From Candidatus Aenigmatarchaeota archaeon (GTDB lineage: Archaea; Aenigmatarchaeota; Aenigmatarchaeia; GW2011-AR5): a stretch of DNA of 57,334 nt. The notes beneath the pieces were generated by a model that had not been told where the DNA came from, ran no database searches, and saw only the letters and a program-made list of their open reading frames with translations. Where the stretch lies: the NCBI GenBank assembly GCA_043799385.1, contig JAZDNV010000018.1, forward strand, positions 1 through 57,334, given 5' to 3'. Position numbers and translations under genes: made by a program. This document shows positions 1 through 9,870 of the stretch, in pieces (within the stretch, counting starts at the first letter, position 1; every line of letters starts with the position of its first letter).

Positions 1-813
1 CCTGTCGAAAAAAGGGCATTTCCTGACGGCGAAGTCTGCCCGAGAATAGTGGGCGATGTGGACAACCATGCAATTGTTGCAGAGCGATTGTCATTGCCGC
101 TGGACCCGAACCGATACCTCATTGAAACGTTGTTCATAACAAGAAACCTAAGGGCCTTGGGCGTGGAAAAAATCGACGTCGTGATGCCATATTTCATTTA
201 TTCCAGGCAGGATAAGGTTTTTAGAAAAGGCGAGCCACACTCGGCAAAATACGTGCTTGAACTTTTAGAAAAAGCAGGTGCAACACGGTTCTTCACCGTC
301 TCCAGCCATGTCAACAGGAATGACGAAAAAATCTCATTGACGCCTATGCCTGCCTACAACATCAACGGTTTTGAGTCGATAGGCAACCAACTGAAAAAAT
401 TTGATTTGCACAATCCAGTTGTAGTCGGAGCGGATTTGGGCGTCAGCCATTCTACAGAGACAATCGCAAATATCCTCGGCGCCGAGAGCTTTGCGTTCCA
501 GAAAAAGCGTGACCTTAACACCGGCGAGATTATTGTAAAGGGCAACCTGAATGTCGAAGGCAGGGACATTGTTATTGTGGACGACATCATAAGTTCGGGC
601 AGAACCATGCTGAACTCGATAGAGATATGCAACAGCTCCGGCGCAGACAGGATTTTATGCACTGCCGTTCATCCGGCACTCGCAACCGGAGTCTTTGAGA
701 AGATTTCCTCCAAGGTATGGAAGTTCATCGCAACTGATACGATAAGCTCTCCGATATCCGAGATTTCCGTCACCGAGAGCATTGCTGAAAAAATAAAAAG
801 TTCTGCCGCATAA
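1..813 (+). CDS. prs: Ribose-phosphate pyrophosphokinase (5'-partial, runs off the left edge)
   Basis: Frame is open from base 1 (PVEKRAFPDGE). Contains the motifs MPYFIYSRQDK and IVIVDDIISSGRT (PRPP-binding loop). Confidence 0.93.
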   Translation, partial: PVEKRAFPDGEVCPRIVGDVDNHAIVAERLSLPLDPNRYLIETLFITRNLRALGVEKIDVVMPYFIYSRQDKVFRKGEPHSAKYVLELLEKAGATRFFTVSSHVNRNDEKISLTPMPAYNINGFESIGNQLKKFDLHNPVVVGADLGVSHSTETIANILGAESFAFQKKRDLNTGEIIVKGNLNVEGRDIVIVDDIISSGRTMLNSIEICNSSGADRILCTAVHPALATGVFEKISSKVWKFIATDTISSPISEISVTESIAEKIKSSAA

Positions 814-844
814 TTTTATAAAATTATGGTACATCATGTATTAG

Positions 845-1072
845 GTGATTCATTTGGATAAACTTAGCTGGAATGAAATGAAAAAATTATACCGTGAGGC
901 AAGTAAATACTCGCATATTATTGTTGCAGCAAGCAGTCATGTATTGCGTTACGAACCGAGGTGGGGGTTCCAAAACAGACCAATAATAGAGTATATGGCA
1001 CATGAATTTGCACATGCATACCCTAACAAAGCGTCAGATATTTTGAAAAGAGAACTTAATTTTACTTCCTGA
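845..1072 (+). CDS. Small hypothetical protein
   Basis: 75-aa ORF filling the gap, GTG start, contains HEFAH. No family recognised. Confidence 0.45.
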   Translation: MIHLDKLSWNEMKKLYREASKYSHIIVAASSHVLRYEPRWGFQNRPIIEYMAHEFAHAYPNKASDILKRELNFTS

Positions 1073-1733
1073 CCAATTTTATCTTTTTTATTTCCAGAAT
1101 ACCGCTCTTAGTATTTTCGTCCCAGATTTTCTCTGATTCGACTACCTCGATTTTCTTAGCGAATAACGGGCAGTCGAGAACAAACGTCTCGTACTCACCT
1201 CCCTCGCCGCTGACATGAATGCCGTATTTCTTGTTCAGCACTATCATCTCATCAAGGCAACTGTAGTCTATTTTCCTGCCAAGCCATTGCTCGTCCAGCG
1301 GCGGCGCGGCAACAGCTGTTATTATTATTTCAAAGCCGTCATCAATCATTTTCCTTATCAGTTCTGCAGGATTCTTGTGCCACAACGGAGTAATTGATTG
1401 CAACTTCAATTCTTTGCATATTCTCTCGATTCGCGACTTCTGGTATTCACTTGCAATCGCGCCAGATATAAGACCGTCAATCTCGTTGCTGATTTCTTTT
1501 ATCGCCGCCTTCAAGTCTTCGAGTTCCTTCTCCTTCTCGCCTTTTGTTGTCTTCTGTATTAATGGCAGATTCATTGATGATGCTTGATATTTTACAAATT
1601 CTATGTTCGGAACATGAAACATGTAGCTTTCTTGATTCTCGGATATCAAAGAAACAACGTATTTTATATTCTCTCTCATCAGATAGAGCGAATAAAGCGA
1701 GTCCTTGCCGCCGCTAACTAATGCTGCAAACAT
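1062..1733 (-). CDS. dph6: Diphthine--ammonia ligase (PP-loop ATPase)
   Basis: SGGKDS PP-loop, ESYMFH and GEGGEYETFVLDCPLF motifs. Confidence 0.92.
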   Translation of the reverse strand: MFAALVSGGKDSLYSLYLMRENIKYVVSLISENQESYMFHVPNIEFVKYQASSMNLPLIQKTTKGEKEKELEDLKAAIKEISNEIDGLISGAIASEYQKSRIERICKELKLQSITPLWHKNPAELIRKMIDDGFEIIITAVAAPPLDEQWLGRKIDYSCLDEMIVLNKKYGIHVSGEGGEYETFVLDCPLFAKKIEVVESEKIWDENTKSGILEIKKIKLVRK

Positions 1734-1756
1734 GATGAAATTTTATCTAATAAGGA

Positions 1757-1978
1757 TTAAAACGTTAATAGCAGCAATGCAGCCGCGAAGCCTATCGCAA
1801 ATGAAAGGCCAATAGAATAATACATCACTATGTCCTTCAGCTTATGCATGCCTTTGCTGAGCTTCTTCTCTTTCTTCAGGAAGTAGTAGGCTACAAGACT
1901 TAGCACCAAACTGCACAGTGCTACCATCAATGCCCACACAAACCAGAAAAATCCGACGAACATATTATCATTTTCCAA
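1757..1978 (-). CDS. Small two-TM membrane protein, hypothetical
   Basis: Two hydrophobic segments; fills the gap in a co-directional run. Confidence 0.6.
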   Translation of the reverse strand: MENDNMFVGFFWFVWALMVALCSLVLSLVAYYFLKKEKKLSKGMHKLKDIVMYYSIGLSFAIGFAAALLLLTF

Positions 1979-1999
1979 TCCTAGAATTTAAAGCTTTCA

Positions 2000-2434
2000 T
2001 TATTCTTGCTGGCTCTTGTCTTTTTTCTTATCCTTTTTCTCGTCGCCGATTAACGTAACTATCACGCTTCTTTTTCTTGGACCTGTGTCAAACTCCGCTA
2101 AAAGTATCTTCTGCAATTTTCCTAGAACAAGGTTTCCGTTCTCTACCGGCATCGTCTTCTCTGTCGCCGCAAGCAGCGCACGCATGTGAGAAAATGCATT
2201 GTCAGGATGGTTGTACATCCTCTTTTCATCCACGACACTGAAAAGTTTCTTGAAATCCTCCATCAGCATTATTTCATTTTCGTTGATGAGCAGGCCTGCT
2301 GTTGTTGCTGGAAGAAAAATACTGCACAAACCGTCCTTTATGTCAGACTTTTTCACAACAGAGACAATTTTGTCCGTTATATCGACAAAACTCATCCCGC
2401 CAAGTGTCTCGATTTCGATATTCTCCCTGAACAT
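2000..2434 (-). CDS. yjbQ: YjbQ/UPF0047 family protein (secondary thiamine-phosphate synthase-like)
   Basis: TTAGLLINEN, HPDNAFSHMRA and LVLGKLQKILLAEFDTGPRKR motifs. Confidence 0.88.
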   Translation of the reverse strand: MFRENIEIETLGGMSFVDITDKIVSVVKKSDIKDGLCSIFLPATTAGLLINENEIMLMEDFKKLFSVVDEKRMYNHPDNAFSHMRALLAATEKTMPVENGNLVLGKLQKILLAEFDTGPRKRSVIVTLIGDEKKDKKKDKSQQE

Positions 2435-2441
2435 ATTATTT

Positions 2442-2470
2442 AAATATTTATAGGTTGCATTTAAATATTC
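2442..2470. promoter_or_regulatory. Divergent TATA-box-like promoter region (yjbQ / tbp)
   Basis: AT-rich TTTAAATA boxes in the short gap between divergent genes. Confidence 0.45.
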
Positions 2471-2491
2471 ATTAAGATAATGTTGATTTTA

Positions 2492-3043
2492 ATGGCTGAA
2501 AAAATACAAAAAATAAAAATAGAAAACGTTGTTGCTTCTACCGACATCAAAAAAACTATCTCGCTTGACAAGCTTCTAACGATTCTGCCGGCAAGCGAGT
2601 ATGAGCCTGAGCAGTTTCCTGGTTTAGTTTATCGCTTGGACGAGCCGCGCGTCGCGACGCTGATATTTCGCTCCGGAAAGATAATATGTGTCGGAGCGCG
2701 AAGCACGGCAGCGGCAAAAGAAGCCCTGAGGAAAACTGTGAAAAACATAAAGAAAATCGGCATACGGATAAGCGAGGACAGCATCAAAGTCAAGATAGAG
2801 AATATCGTTGTTGCTGTAAATCTTGGAAAAGAATTGAACTTGGATCAGCTGGCTTTCCAGCTGGAGAACAGCGAATACGAGCCAGAACAATTTCCAGGTC
2901 TCGTATATCGCATCTTTGAGCCAAAAGTTGCTTTCTTGCTCTTTTCATCCGGACGCGTCGTCTGTGCCGGTGCGAAGAGCATGGACAGCGTCAAGATTGC
3001 AGTTAAGAAACTAGAGTCAAAACTGAGAAGTTTGAAGGCATAA
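2492..3043 (+). CDS. tbp: TATA-box-binding protein
   Basis: Two internal repeats of IENVVA...YEPEQFPGLVYR...LIFxSGK/R. ATG at 2492 preferred. Confidence 0.98.
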   Translation: MAEKIQKIKIENVVASTDIKKTISLDKLLTILPASEYEPEQFPGLVYRLDEPRVATLIFRSGKIICVGARSTAAAKEALRKTVKNIKKIGIRISEDSIKVKIENIVVAVNLGKELNLDQLAFQLENSEYEPEQFPGLVYRIFEPKVAFLLFSSGRVVCAGAKSMDSVKIAVKKLESKLRSLKA

Positions 3044-3133
3044 AATCGTAATTCTCGTGTAATTAGTGACATTCCATCGGAAGTAGCGGGGTAGTCTTAA
3101 AAAAGTTTCGCGTCTTCTCTATTATGGGTGTTT

Positions 3134-5107
3134 ATGGAACTCGTTGAATGCTTGGACGAATTCTTGAGAAAGCGATACTACAACGAGTTGCTTAAAGCCG
3201 TAAAAGATGAGCAACCCTTATTAGTTGACTTCAACGACCTCGATCGTTTCGATCCGATAATCGCCGACCAGCTGCTGGAAGATCCTGAAACCGTGCTTAA
3301 CGCTTTCCAGGCAGCTGTAAAAAACGTGAACGAGAAAATAAATGTAAGGATTAGGAATATTCCCGAGCGACGTGAAATAAGAATAAGGAATCTCAGAACG
3401 AAACACCTGAACAAGTTCTGGTGCATCAGCGCAACGATAAAATCAGCGTCAGAAGTTAAGCCGCAGATATTCGAAGCGATCTTTGAATGCCCGGAGTGCG
3501 GCACGCAAGTGTCTGTCCCGCAGGACGGCAACATCGTGCAGAAGCCTGATATCTGCGAGTGCGGACGCAGGGGCGATTTCAAGTTTATTGACAAGAGGAT
3601 GCTCGACGTCCGCTGGCTGACAGGAATAGAGCCGTTTGAAGTAACCACAGGTGAGCAGCCGGGCGAGATAAAGATATTCCTAAAGGGGGATTTGACAACG
3701 CCGAAGATGCAGAAGAAGACTGACCCTGGCAGCAGATTGAAAGTCATAGGAGTTCTGAAAGAACTGTCAAAACGAATCAAAGGCCGCCTTAGCACAAAAG
3801 TTGACATGTACTTTGAAGCTAATTATCTGGAGCCGTCAGATATAGAATTTGAGGACTTGGATATCACTGATGAGGACGTGTTGAAAATACTTGAACTTGC
3901 AAGGAACCCTGATATTTATGACATACTGAAAGCGTCAATTGCTCCTGAAATATACGGCTTTGATGAAATCAAGGAATCACTCGTATTGCAGTTGTTCGGC
4001 GGTGTTCCGCATGTGCTGCCTAACGGCTCGCGCATCCGCGGCAACATACACATCCTACTCACAGGCGACCCTGGTGTTGGAAAGACTGCACTACTAAAAT
4101 TGGTTTCATCAATCGTGCCGCGCGGCCGATACGTTTCCGGCTCCGGCGTCTCTGGCGCAGGCCTTACTGCAACTGTGCGAAAGGATGAGATACTTGGGAC
4201 GTGGGTACTTGAAGCAGGCGCATTGATTTTGTGCAATAAAGGATTGATCGCTATTGACGAATTTGACAAGATGAGCAAGGATGACCAGATAGCGATGCAC
4301 GAAGCAACGAGCGTCGAAACGGTGAGCATAGCAAAGGCAAGCATAATCGCTACGCTGCCTGCGCAGACGGCAGTGCTTGCCGGAGCGAACCCGAAGCTGG
4401 GACGATTCGATCCGTTCCTGCCGATACTGGAACAGATTAGTATTCCTGAAACTCTGATGACGCGATTCGATTTGAAATTCGCGCTTCGCGACATACCAGA
4501 CAAGACCGTTGATGAAAGGCTTGCAGAACATATAATAGTGGCGAGAACAACGCCTGATGCTGTAAAACCCATGATAAACGTAAATCTGTTGAGAAAGTAT
4601 ATTGCTTATTCAAAGAAGATAGAAAAGATGGAATTATTAGCAGAAACGGCACAGCTATTAAAGAATTTCTACATTGATATGAGAACAAAGTACACAAGCG
4701 AGGAAGCAAAAACCGTCAGCATAACACTGAGGCAGTACGAAGCATTGCTGCGGTTGGCAGAGGCGTCTGCAAAAATAAGATTAGAAGACCGCATAACAAT
4801 GAGTGATGCGGAGCGGGCGATACGCCTTATGAAATTTTCGCTCTCGCAGCTTGCCATGGAGCCTGGAACAGGAATAATAGACATTGACCGAATTGAATCC
4901 GGGATAACTGCAACGAAAAGAAGAAAGATTGGAATCGTCCTCGAGATAATCGAGAACCTGCAGAAAGAATCCAAGGAAGTCGCGAGAGAAGACATTAAAG
5001 CATCGTGCGAAGAGCAGGGCATTGACGACGCAGAGGATATACTTGAAAAGCTAAAGCGTGAAGGCCTTATATTCGAGCCACGAGCTGGCTTTGTGAGAAA
5101 AGTTTGA
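3134..5107 (+). CDS. mcm: MCM replicative helicase
   Basis: Zn finger CPECG...CECG, Walker A GDPGVGKT, IDEFDKM, TRFD arginine finger and C-terminal winged helix. Confidence 0.97.
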   Translation: MELVECLDEFLRKRYYNELLKAVKDEQPLLVDFNDLDRFDPIIADQLLEDPETVLNAFQAAVKNVNEKINVRIRNIPERREIRIRNLRTKHLNKFWCISATIKSASEVKPQIFEAIFECPECGTQVSVPQDGNIVQKPDICECGRRGDFKFIDKRMLDVRWLTGIEPFEVTTGEQPGEIKIFLKGDLTTPKMQKKTDPGSRLKVIGVLKELSKRIKGRLSTKVDMYFEANYLEPSDIEFEDLDITDEDVLKILELARNPDIYDILKASIAPEIYGFDEIKESLVLQLFGGVPHVLPNGSRIRGNIHILLTGDPGVGKTALLKLVSSIVPRGRYVSGSGVSGAGLTATVRKDEILGTWVLEAGALILCNKGLIAIDEFDKMSKDDQIAMHEATSVETVSIAKASIIATLPAQTAVLAGANPKLGRFDPFLPILEQISIPETLMTRFDLKFALRDIPDKTVDERLAEHIIVARTTPDAVKPMINVNLLRKYIAYSKKIEKMELLAETAQLLKNFYIDMRTKYTSEEAKTVSITLRQYEALLRLAEASAKIRLEDRITMSDAERAIRLMKFSLSQLAMEPGTGIIDIDRIESGITATKRRKIGIVLEIIENLQKESKEVAREDIKASCEEQGIDDAEDILEKLKREGLIFEPRAGFVRKV

Positions 5108-5124
5108 GAAATGAGGTGTTTTTA

Positions 5125-5865
5125 GTGGAAAAGAAAAGGTTGCCGGCAATCAAAACTAGGGTAAAGCCGATAATCGACGGCAAATTTGTGAAACAAGAAG
5201 GTTTTGAACCAAGCTACGTAATAACGAATTTTGGCCTGAAGATATCGCGTGCAAGGATTCTCGCGACTGTCGTTGATAAATTTCTTTCAGAGAGCGGCAA
5301 ATTCTCGAGCGTGACTCTAGACGATGGCAGCGGCACGATACGCGCGAAAGCATTCGGTTCCCTGATATTCGAAGATGTAAGCGTTGGTGAGATAGTCGAC
5401 GTCATTGGAAAAGTGAAGGAATACCAGGAAGAGATATACATACTGCCTGAAACCGTCAGCAAGGTCGAGCCGAACTGGGAATTGCTACGCGAACTGGAGA
5501 TAAGAAAATCCGAGGAGAACCTGAAAAAGAACAAAGAGATCATTCTTGAATATCAGAAGCAGACATCGGATCTTGAAGAATTAAAAAACATGATGGCGGC
5601 GGAATTCGGTATACCTGCCGAAGTGGTTGAAGCAATCGTCCAGTCGCAGGAAAAAGAGGAAATAGTCGACGATGACACAAACAAAAAAGCCAAGGACTCT
5701 GTTCTGAAATTGATAGAGGAATTGGACAAGGGCGACGGCTGCAACTACGCAGAGCTCATCGAAGCTTCAGGATTAGCCGAAGATATTCTTGACGGCATAA
5801 TAAACGACCTCCTGTCAGAAGGCATCTGCTTCGAGCCGAGGCCAGGTAAGATAAAGAAGTTGTAG
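5125..5865 (+). CDS. RPA2/RPA32-like OB-fold ssDNA-binding protein with C-terminal winged helix
   Basis: OB-fold signature TLDDGSGTIRAKAF...VDVIGKVKEY and C-terminal FEPRPG winged helix. GAGGTG SD precedes GTG at 5125. Confidence 0.8.
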   Translation: MEKKRLPAIKTRVKPIIDGKFVKQEGFEPSYVITNFGLKISRARILATVVDKFLSESGKFSSVTLDDGSGTIRAKAFGSLIFEDVSVGEIVDVIGKVKEYQEEIYILPETVSKVEPNWELLRELEIRKSEENLKKNKEIILEYQKQTSDLEELKNMMAAEFGIPAEVVEAIVQSQEKEEIVDDDTNKKAKDSVLKLIEELDKGDGCNYAELIEASGLAEDILDGIINDLLSEGICFEPRPGKIKKL

Positions 5866-5888
5866 TAATGGATTATTTCTCGTTAGAA

Positions 5889-6167
5889 TTATATTTTTCT
5901 GCAAATGTATCCGCGTTCGATTCCGCCACTATTTTCAAGCGGGCATTTAAAACCTTCGCCAAACAACGGTGCACAATTACTGCCGCGCGTCATAAGTTCG
6001 TAGACAACGCATGCACGTTCAGGCGCATAACCTCTGTAAGTGGCTTTTGGGTGTTCGCATTTGACGTATGATGCACCGATATCAGGAATAATTGTCTCAA
6101 CATGAGGACATTCCAAAACTATCCTAGCCTTGTTCTGCAAAGTTTTTTGTATGATGTCTTCTCCCAT
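5889..6167 (-). CDS. Cys-rich hypothetical protein
   Basis: 92-aa ORF with GGTGGAG SD and its own TATA-like box upstream. Confidence 0.6.
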   Translation of the reverse strand: MGEDIIQKTLQNKARIVLECPHVETIIPDIGASYVKCEHPKATYRGYAPERACVVYELMTRGSNCAPLFGEGFKCPLENSGGIERGYICRKI

Positions 6168-6304
6168 TCACTCCACCTTATGACTAATAGTAGTAATCAA
6201 CAGTCTTTATAAATCTTTCGGTTATTCACTACTGTTTAGTTAATATTTTTAATTGAGTGGATAAATTTTATAAACACTTCTATGGTATTGATTATTTGAT
6301 ATTC

Positions 6305-6475
6305 ATGTCAAAAATGCAGTCTTTCAGGGAAATGACGAAAACATTCTTGTGGCTTGTCGGCGAGGAATGGAACGAGATGGACCGCAAGCTCCTGAGAATA
6401 GCGACTGGCGCGATCGCCTTCATACTATCTGCACTATTCTGGTATTTCTTCTTGAGCAAGATAACGCCTTTCTAA
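6305..6475 (+). CDS. Small single-TM membrane protein
   Basis: TTTATAAA box about 25 nt upstream of ATG 6305; C-terminal hydrophobic helix. Confidence 0.6.
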   Translation: MSKMQSFREMTKTFLWLVGEEWNEMDRKLLRIATGAIAFILSALFWYFFLSKITPF

Positions 6476-6487
6476 GGTGACAATTAA

Positions 6488-6745
6488 ACGCCAAACCCAT
6501 TCAGAAAACTAGACAAAAAACGGCAAGAGTACGCTGCAATTCGTAATATAGAAATATACAGCGGAACCAAAGAAGATCTCGAGCGCAGGGATTGTAGAAG
6601 ATATGCATATATTATTGACCCGAATATCACTGTGCCGTACGGAAACGACATAGCGTTTGAGGAATTGCTCAAAATCGGAACCGAGAAATTAGTGGAATTC
6701 GACGGAAGCTATGGGAAACCTGTAAAGAGACTCAATCCGCCTTGA
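6488..6745 (+). CDS. Hypothetical protein with apparent ACG start (or start-mutated pseudogene)
   Basis: 85 open codons (xPNPFRKLDKKRQEYAAIRNIEIYSG...KPVKRLNPP) fill the gap. GGTGA SD lies 7 nt before ACG. Confidence 0.45.
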   Translation, partial: TPNPFRKLDKKRQEYAAIRNIEIYSGTKEDLERRDCRRYAYIIDPNITVPYGNDIAFEELLKIGTEKLVEFDGSYGKPVKRLNPP

Positions 6746-6965
6746 TTATCTTCTGTTCCTTTCCAATCTCTAGATATGCCCATGCCCAGATTACTGCCTC
6801 GAAAGCGCGGATCAAATCTCCGCTCTTCAGGAAATGGTATGAATCGGAAATGTATGCGTCTATGTTCTTCAAAAATTCATTGCCTGACTTTATCTTGCTT
6901 CTTTCAGCAACTATCCTCTGCAGCCACTTCTCAGTTTCTTTTCTCAGTTCTTCATCTAACGCCAT
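6732..6965 (-). CDS. DUF357 family protein
   Basis: AYISDSYHFLKSGDLIRAFEAVIWAWAYLE matches the DUF357 pattern; lies near dph5. Confidence 0.85.
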   Translation of the reverse strand: MALDEELRKETEKWLQRIVAERSKIKSGNEFLKNIDAYISDSYHFLKSGDLIRAFEAVIWAWAYLEIGKEQKIIKAD

Positions 6966-7016
6966 TTATTTACTACAAGTGTGACGCTTTAAATCATTTA
7001 TCATTTTAGTCATATC

Positions 7017-7646
7017 ATGGCGTTTGACATTGGCAAATATGAAGGGAAGGTCAGCCCAAAAAGGCTACTCTATCTGGGCAAACCAAAGATAGTAGAACAC
7101 TTCCTCTATTCAGAATTGCTGAAGAATAAGGATGCAAGAATACTCGATTGCGGTTGCGGTGCTGGCGATGATACAAGATATCTGGTCGGGAACGGATTGA
7201 AGAATACGATAGGAATCGACCATAATAGGATGAATATGGAACTCGGGTTTGATTATTATGGTGATAAGGAAAAACTATCGGGCAATTTCATTATTGGCGA
7301 TGCCTGCGCTATGCCGTTTAATAGCGGGCATTTTGACTATGTTTACTCCAACTCTTTGATACATTATTTGAGTAACAGAGAAAACGTGCATAAATTCCTT
7401 GATGAGGCGCATAGGGTTTTGAAATCAGGCGGTATTAACTTCGGGTCAACACCTGGCAGACTTGATAGAATTATTACCATAAAAGACGAATGTGATGGGC
7501 ATAATATATTGTTTCTGACAGAAGAGTCATTTAAGACCGATATGGAGGAGGTGGGTTTCAGAAACGTGTATATTACAGGCAGTGATTTCACAGACCCACT
7601 AACCAATGAAAAACTCTATATGTTCCAATTCATCTCAATGAAATGA
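7017..7646 (+). CDS. Class I SAM-dependent methyltransferase
   Basis: ILDCGCGAG motif I, GDACAMPF, FDYVYS and HRVLKSGG. Confidence 0.9.
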   Translation: MAFDIGKYEGKVSPKRLLYLGKPKIVEHFLYSELLKNKDARILDCGCGAGDDTRYLVGNGLKNTIGIDHNRMNMELGFDYYGDKEKLSGNFIIGDACAMPFNSGHFDYVYSNSLIHYLSNRENVHKFLDEAHRVLKSGGINFGSTPGRLDRIITIKDECDGHNILFLTEESFKTDMEEVGFRNVYITGSDFTDPLTNEKLYMFQFISMK

Positions 7647-7648
7647 AT

Positions 7649-8356
7649 TCATTTTAGCAGTTCTAGCGCCTCTTCTTCCTTGAAATGCATCTTGCCTGGT
7701 ATTATCAACGCAGCAGGCGTTGGGAAATCTTCTTTTGTTAGTGATAATGCAGAATCGTATTTTATTACCTGGTCGCCGCCAAGCCTGCAGCACGCAACGA
7801 TTTTATCATCCTTGCTGACGATTTTATTTTTTATCAGTAGCTCTGCTCCCTCGCGAACCGTCATTCCTATGTCCAAAAGAATAAGCGTATGAAGTCCGGC
7901 CTTCTTGTTCTCGATTATCGGCTCGTATTGACTTCTAGGGTTAAAGCCTTTCTGCGGCTTGACGAGCGTCGTCGTCCTTCCGAACTTGTATATCATCAAC
8001 CCGCTTTCAGCAACCGCCGTATAGACAGACGACGAATGGATTACCTTCACTTCTATGTTTCGTTTCTTCGCCTCTATCACCAATTCCATGTGAGTCGTTG
8101 CAGTCAATGGGTCGCCTGGAATTAGCAGTGAAACATTTCTTTTCTCCGCATCATCGACAATCATGTCGCTTTCCACATTCTCACGATTGAGCAAAGTGAT
8201 TTTTTTGCCAATCGTCTTCTCAAGCTTCTTCAGGTCGCCGAACCACTTGCCTGTGTAGAACTCGCAATAAATCGCGTCGCACTTCTTTAGCTCGTCAATC
8301 GTCCTGAACGACAAGTCGCTTTCGTCATGCAGTCCTAAACCAATCAGATAGAGCAT
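7649..8356 (-). CDS. dph5: Diphthine synthase
   Basis: MLYLIGLGL, GDPLTATTH, YKFGRTTT and GLHTLILLDI motifs. Confidence 0.96.
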   Translation of the reverse strand: MLYLIGLGLHDESDLSFRTIDELKKCDAIYCEFYTGKWFGDLKKLEKTIGKKITLLNRENVESDMIVDDAEKRNVSLLIPGDPLTATTHMELVIEAKKRNIEVKVIHSSSVYTAVAESGLMIYKFGRTTTLVKPQKGFNPRSQYEPIIENKKAGLHTLILLDIGMTVREGAELLIKNKIVSKDDKIVACCRLGGDQVIKYDSALSLTKEDFPTPAALIIPGKMHFKEEEALELLK

Positions 8357-8357
8357 A

Positions 8358-9155
8358 TCATCGCCTTGCCAGCACTCGCTTTATTATCTCTGCGGCGAGA
8401 AAACCGCTCTTGCTCGGCAACCTGTTGTCTGCTATCTCAACTATGTCAAGAGAATCGCAACTAATCTTTCCAAGAATCTTGAATATTTCTTTTGGCGTCA
8501 TCGCTCCTTCCGGCAATCCCGTTTCGACGTACTGCGGCGAAAAGACATCGACGTCGATTGTAAGATGCACCGGTCTTTGGAAAGTTAGCTTGCTTTTCAT
8601 GAATTGTTCAGGCGTGAAGTTCTGTATACGGCTTTTCTTTATGAATTCCAATTCTTCCTTGTTATGAGTGGTTACCCCAATCTGCACTAATTTCGCGATC
8701 TTGCTGGCATGGTATGCCCATGACTGATGGGAGTATTTGTTTTCCAGGTAGTCTTTTCGTATGTCTGCGTGCGCATCGAGATGAATTATTGTCTTCGGTC
8801 GCATCGCTTCCACGATAGGCAGCGTTATCGAATGCTCGCCGCCGACAAATATTGGAAATGCACTTTTATTCGCATCGAGTATGTCGCTGATCGTCTCTTT
8901 TATCCGCTTGGCTGTAAGTTCGTAAGAGCCGGGCACGACCTCCAGATCGCCCAGATCGCATACCTTTATCTTGTCGAAAAGGTTTTTTCCGTCTATGAAG
9001 TCTTCGATGAGTTTCAGCGATTCACGACCCATCACCGGTCCGTATATTGATTGCGAACTTATGCTTGTCGATGCGAAAGGTATACCTAAAAACACGACGT
9101 CTGCCTCTTTCAGCGAGTAGTTGTACGGCACAAATGTATTCGATGCGTAGAGCAT
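8358..9155 (-). CDS. speB: Agmatinase / arginase-family ureohydrolase
   Basis: GGEHSIT, DAHAD and TIDVDVF metal-binding motifs. Confidence 0.85.
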   Translation of the reverse strand: MLYASNTFVPYNYSLKEADVVFLGIPFASTSISSQSIYGPVMGRESLKLIEDFIDGKNLFDKIKVCDLGDLEVVPGSYELTAKRIKETISDILDANKSAFPIFVGGEHSITLPIVEAMRPKTIIHLDAHADIRKDYLENKYSHQSWAYHASKIAKLVQIGVTTHNKEELEFIKKSRIQNFTPEQFMKSKLTFQRPVHLTIDVDVFSPQYVETGLPEGAMTPKEIFKILGKISCDSLDIVEIADNRLPSKSGFLAAEIIKRVLARR

Positions 9156-9184
9156 AAGCAATTAATAAAAGGAGCTTTTTTAAA

Positions 9185-9862
9185 TCATTCCAGAATCGAC
9201 TTTTCGTATCCTGCTGTCAGTATCTTCTTTATCTTCTTCGCGAGTATTTTTCCTATGCCCTCAACGTTCTGCAGCTCTGCTTCGCTTGCTGCGAATATTT
9301 TGTCAGGCGAACCGAAATGCTTCAAAAGATTCCTTGCTTTTTCGTAGCTTATCAGCGGTATTCCGGAAACTAGGAATTCTTGCATCTGGTTCATTGACTT
9401 TGGTTTTCTTTTCGTCCGTATCCTTATCGCCTTCTTTTTTGGCGTCTGCTCGCGCTTCGCTATAGCGCATAGCATCTCTGCAGTTTCCAGCTGGTTTTTT
9501 GTCCATATGATTGGTAAAGACATGTCAATCGCGATTGAAGAGAGCGCGCCTCGAACCGCGTTGTGGTTGATTTTCCTGTCATTATTGAAGAGCGTGTCAC
9601 CCTCGATTACCAGCAGCGGGTTTTTGAATTCTTTTTTCATCTGGCTCAGCTGGCTGAACAGACGACCATCTATCATACTCTGCAGAAAATCGCTCGTCGT
9701 TTTTCGCTCAACGCAGACGTTGTTGCTGAGAATGTAATCGCCGACACACAGCTGCTCTTCTTTTAGCGTGCATCGCTTTGCAAGGATTTTCGTGACTTTG
9801 GAATTCATCTCCCTAGAATCAGCATATATAATAACCTTATCTACGCTCTGCATAACTACCAT
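9185..9862 (-). CDS. Short XPF/ERCC4 structure-specific endonuclease (nuclease plus HhH, no helicase)
   Basis: DSRE, GDYI, VERKTTSDF and tandem HhH (VEGIGK). Confidence 0.9.
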   Translation of the reverse strand: MVVMQSVDKVIIYADSREMNSKVTKILAKRCTLKEEQLCVGDYILSNNVCVERKTTSDFLQSMIDGRLFSQLSQMKKEFKNPLLVIEGDTLFNNDRKINHNAVRGALSSIAIDMSLPIIWTKNQLETAEMLCAIAKREQTPKKKAIRIRTKRKPKSMNQMQEFLVSGIPLISYEKARNLLKHFGSPDKIFAASEAELQNVEGIGKILAKKIKKILTAGYEKSILE

Positions 9863-9870
9863 TATTCCGC

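Noticed and set aside
2492-3043. Internal direct repeat in tbp
   Set aside because: This is the normal two-fold TBP architecture.
3178-5022. Long antisense ORFs inside mcm, and similar ones inside nrdJ and the ribosomal genes
   Set aside because: These are shadow frames of well-supported genes and carry no motifs.
5040-5865. MCM and the RPA2-like protein both end in FEPRxG
   Set aside because: Both carry known related C-terminal winged-helix domains, so this is not a recent duplication.
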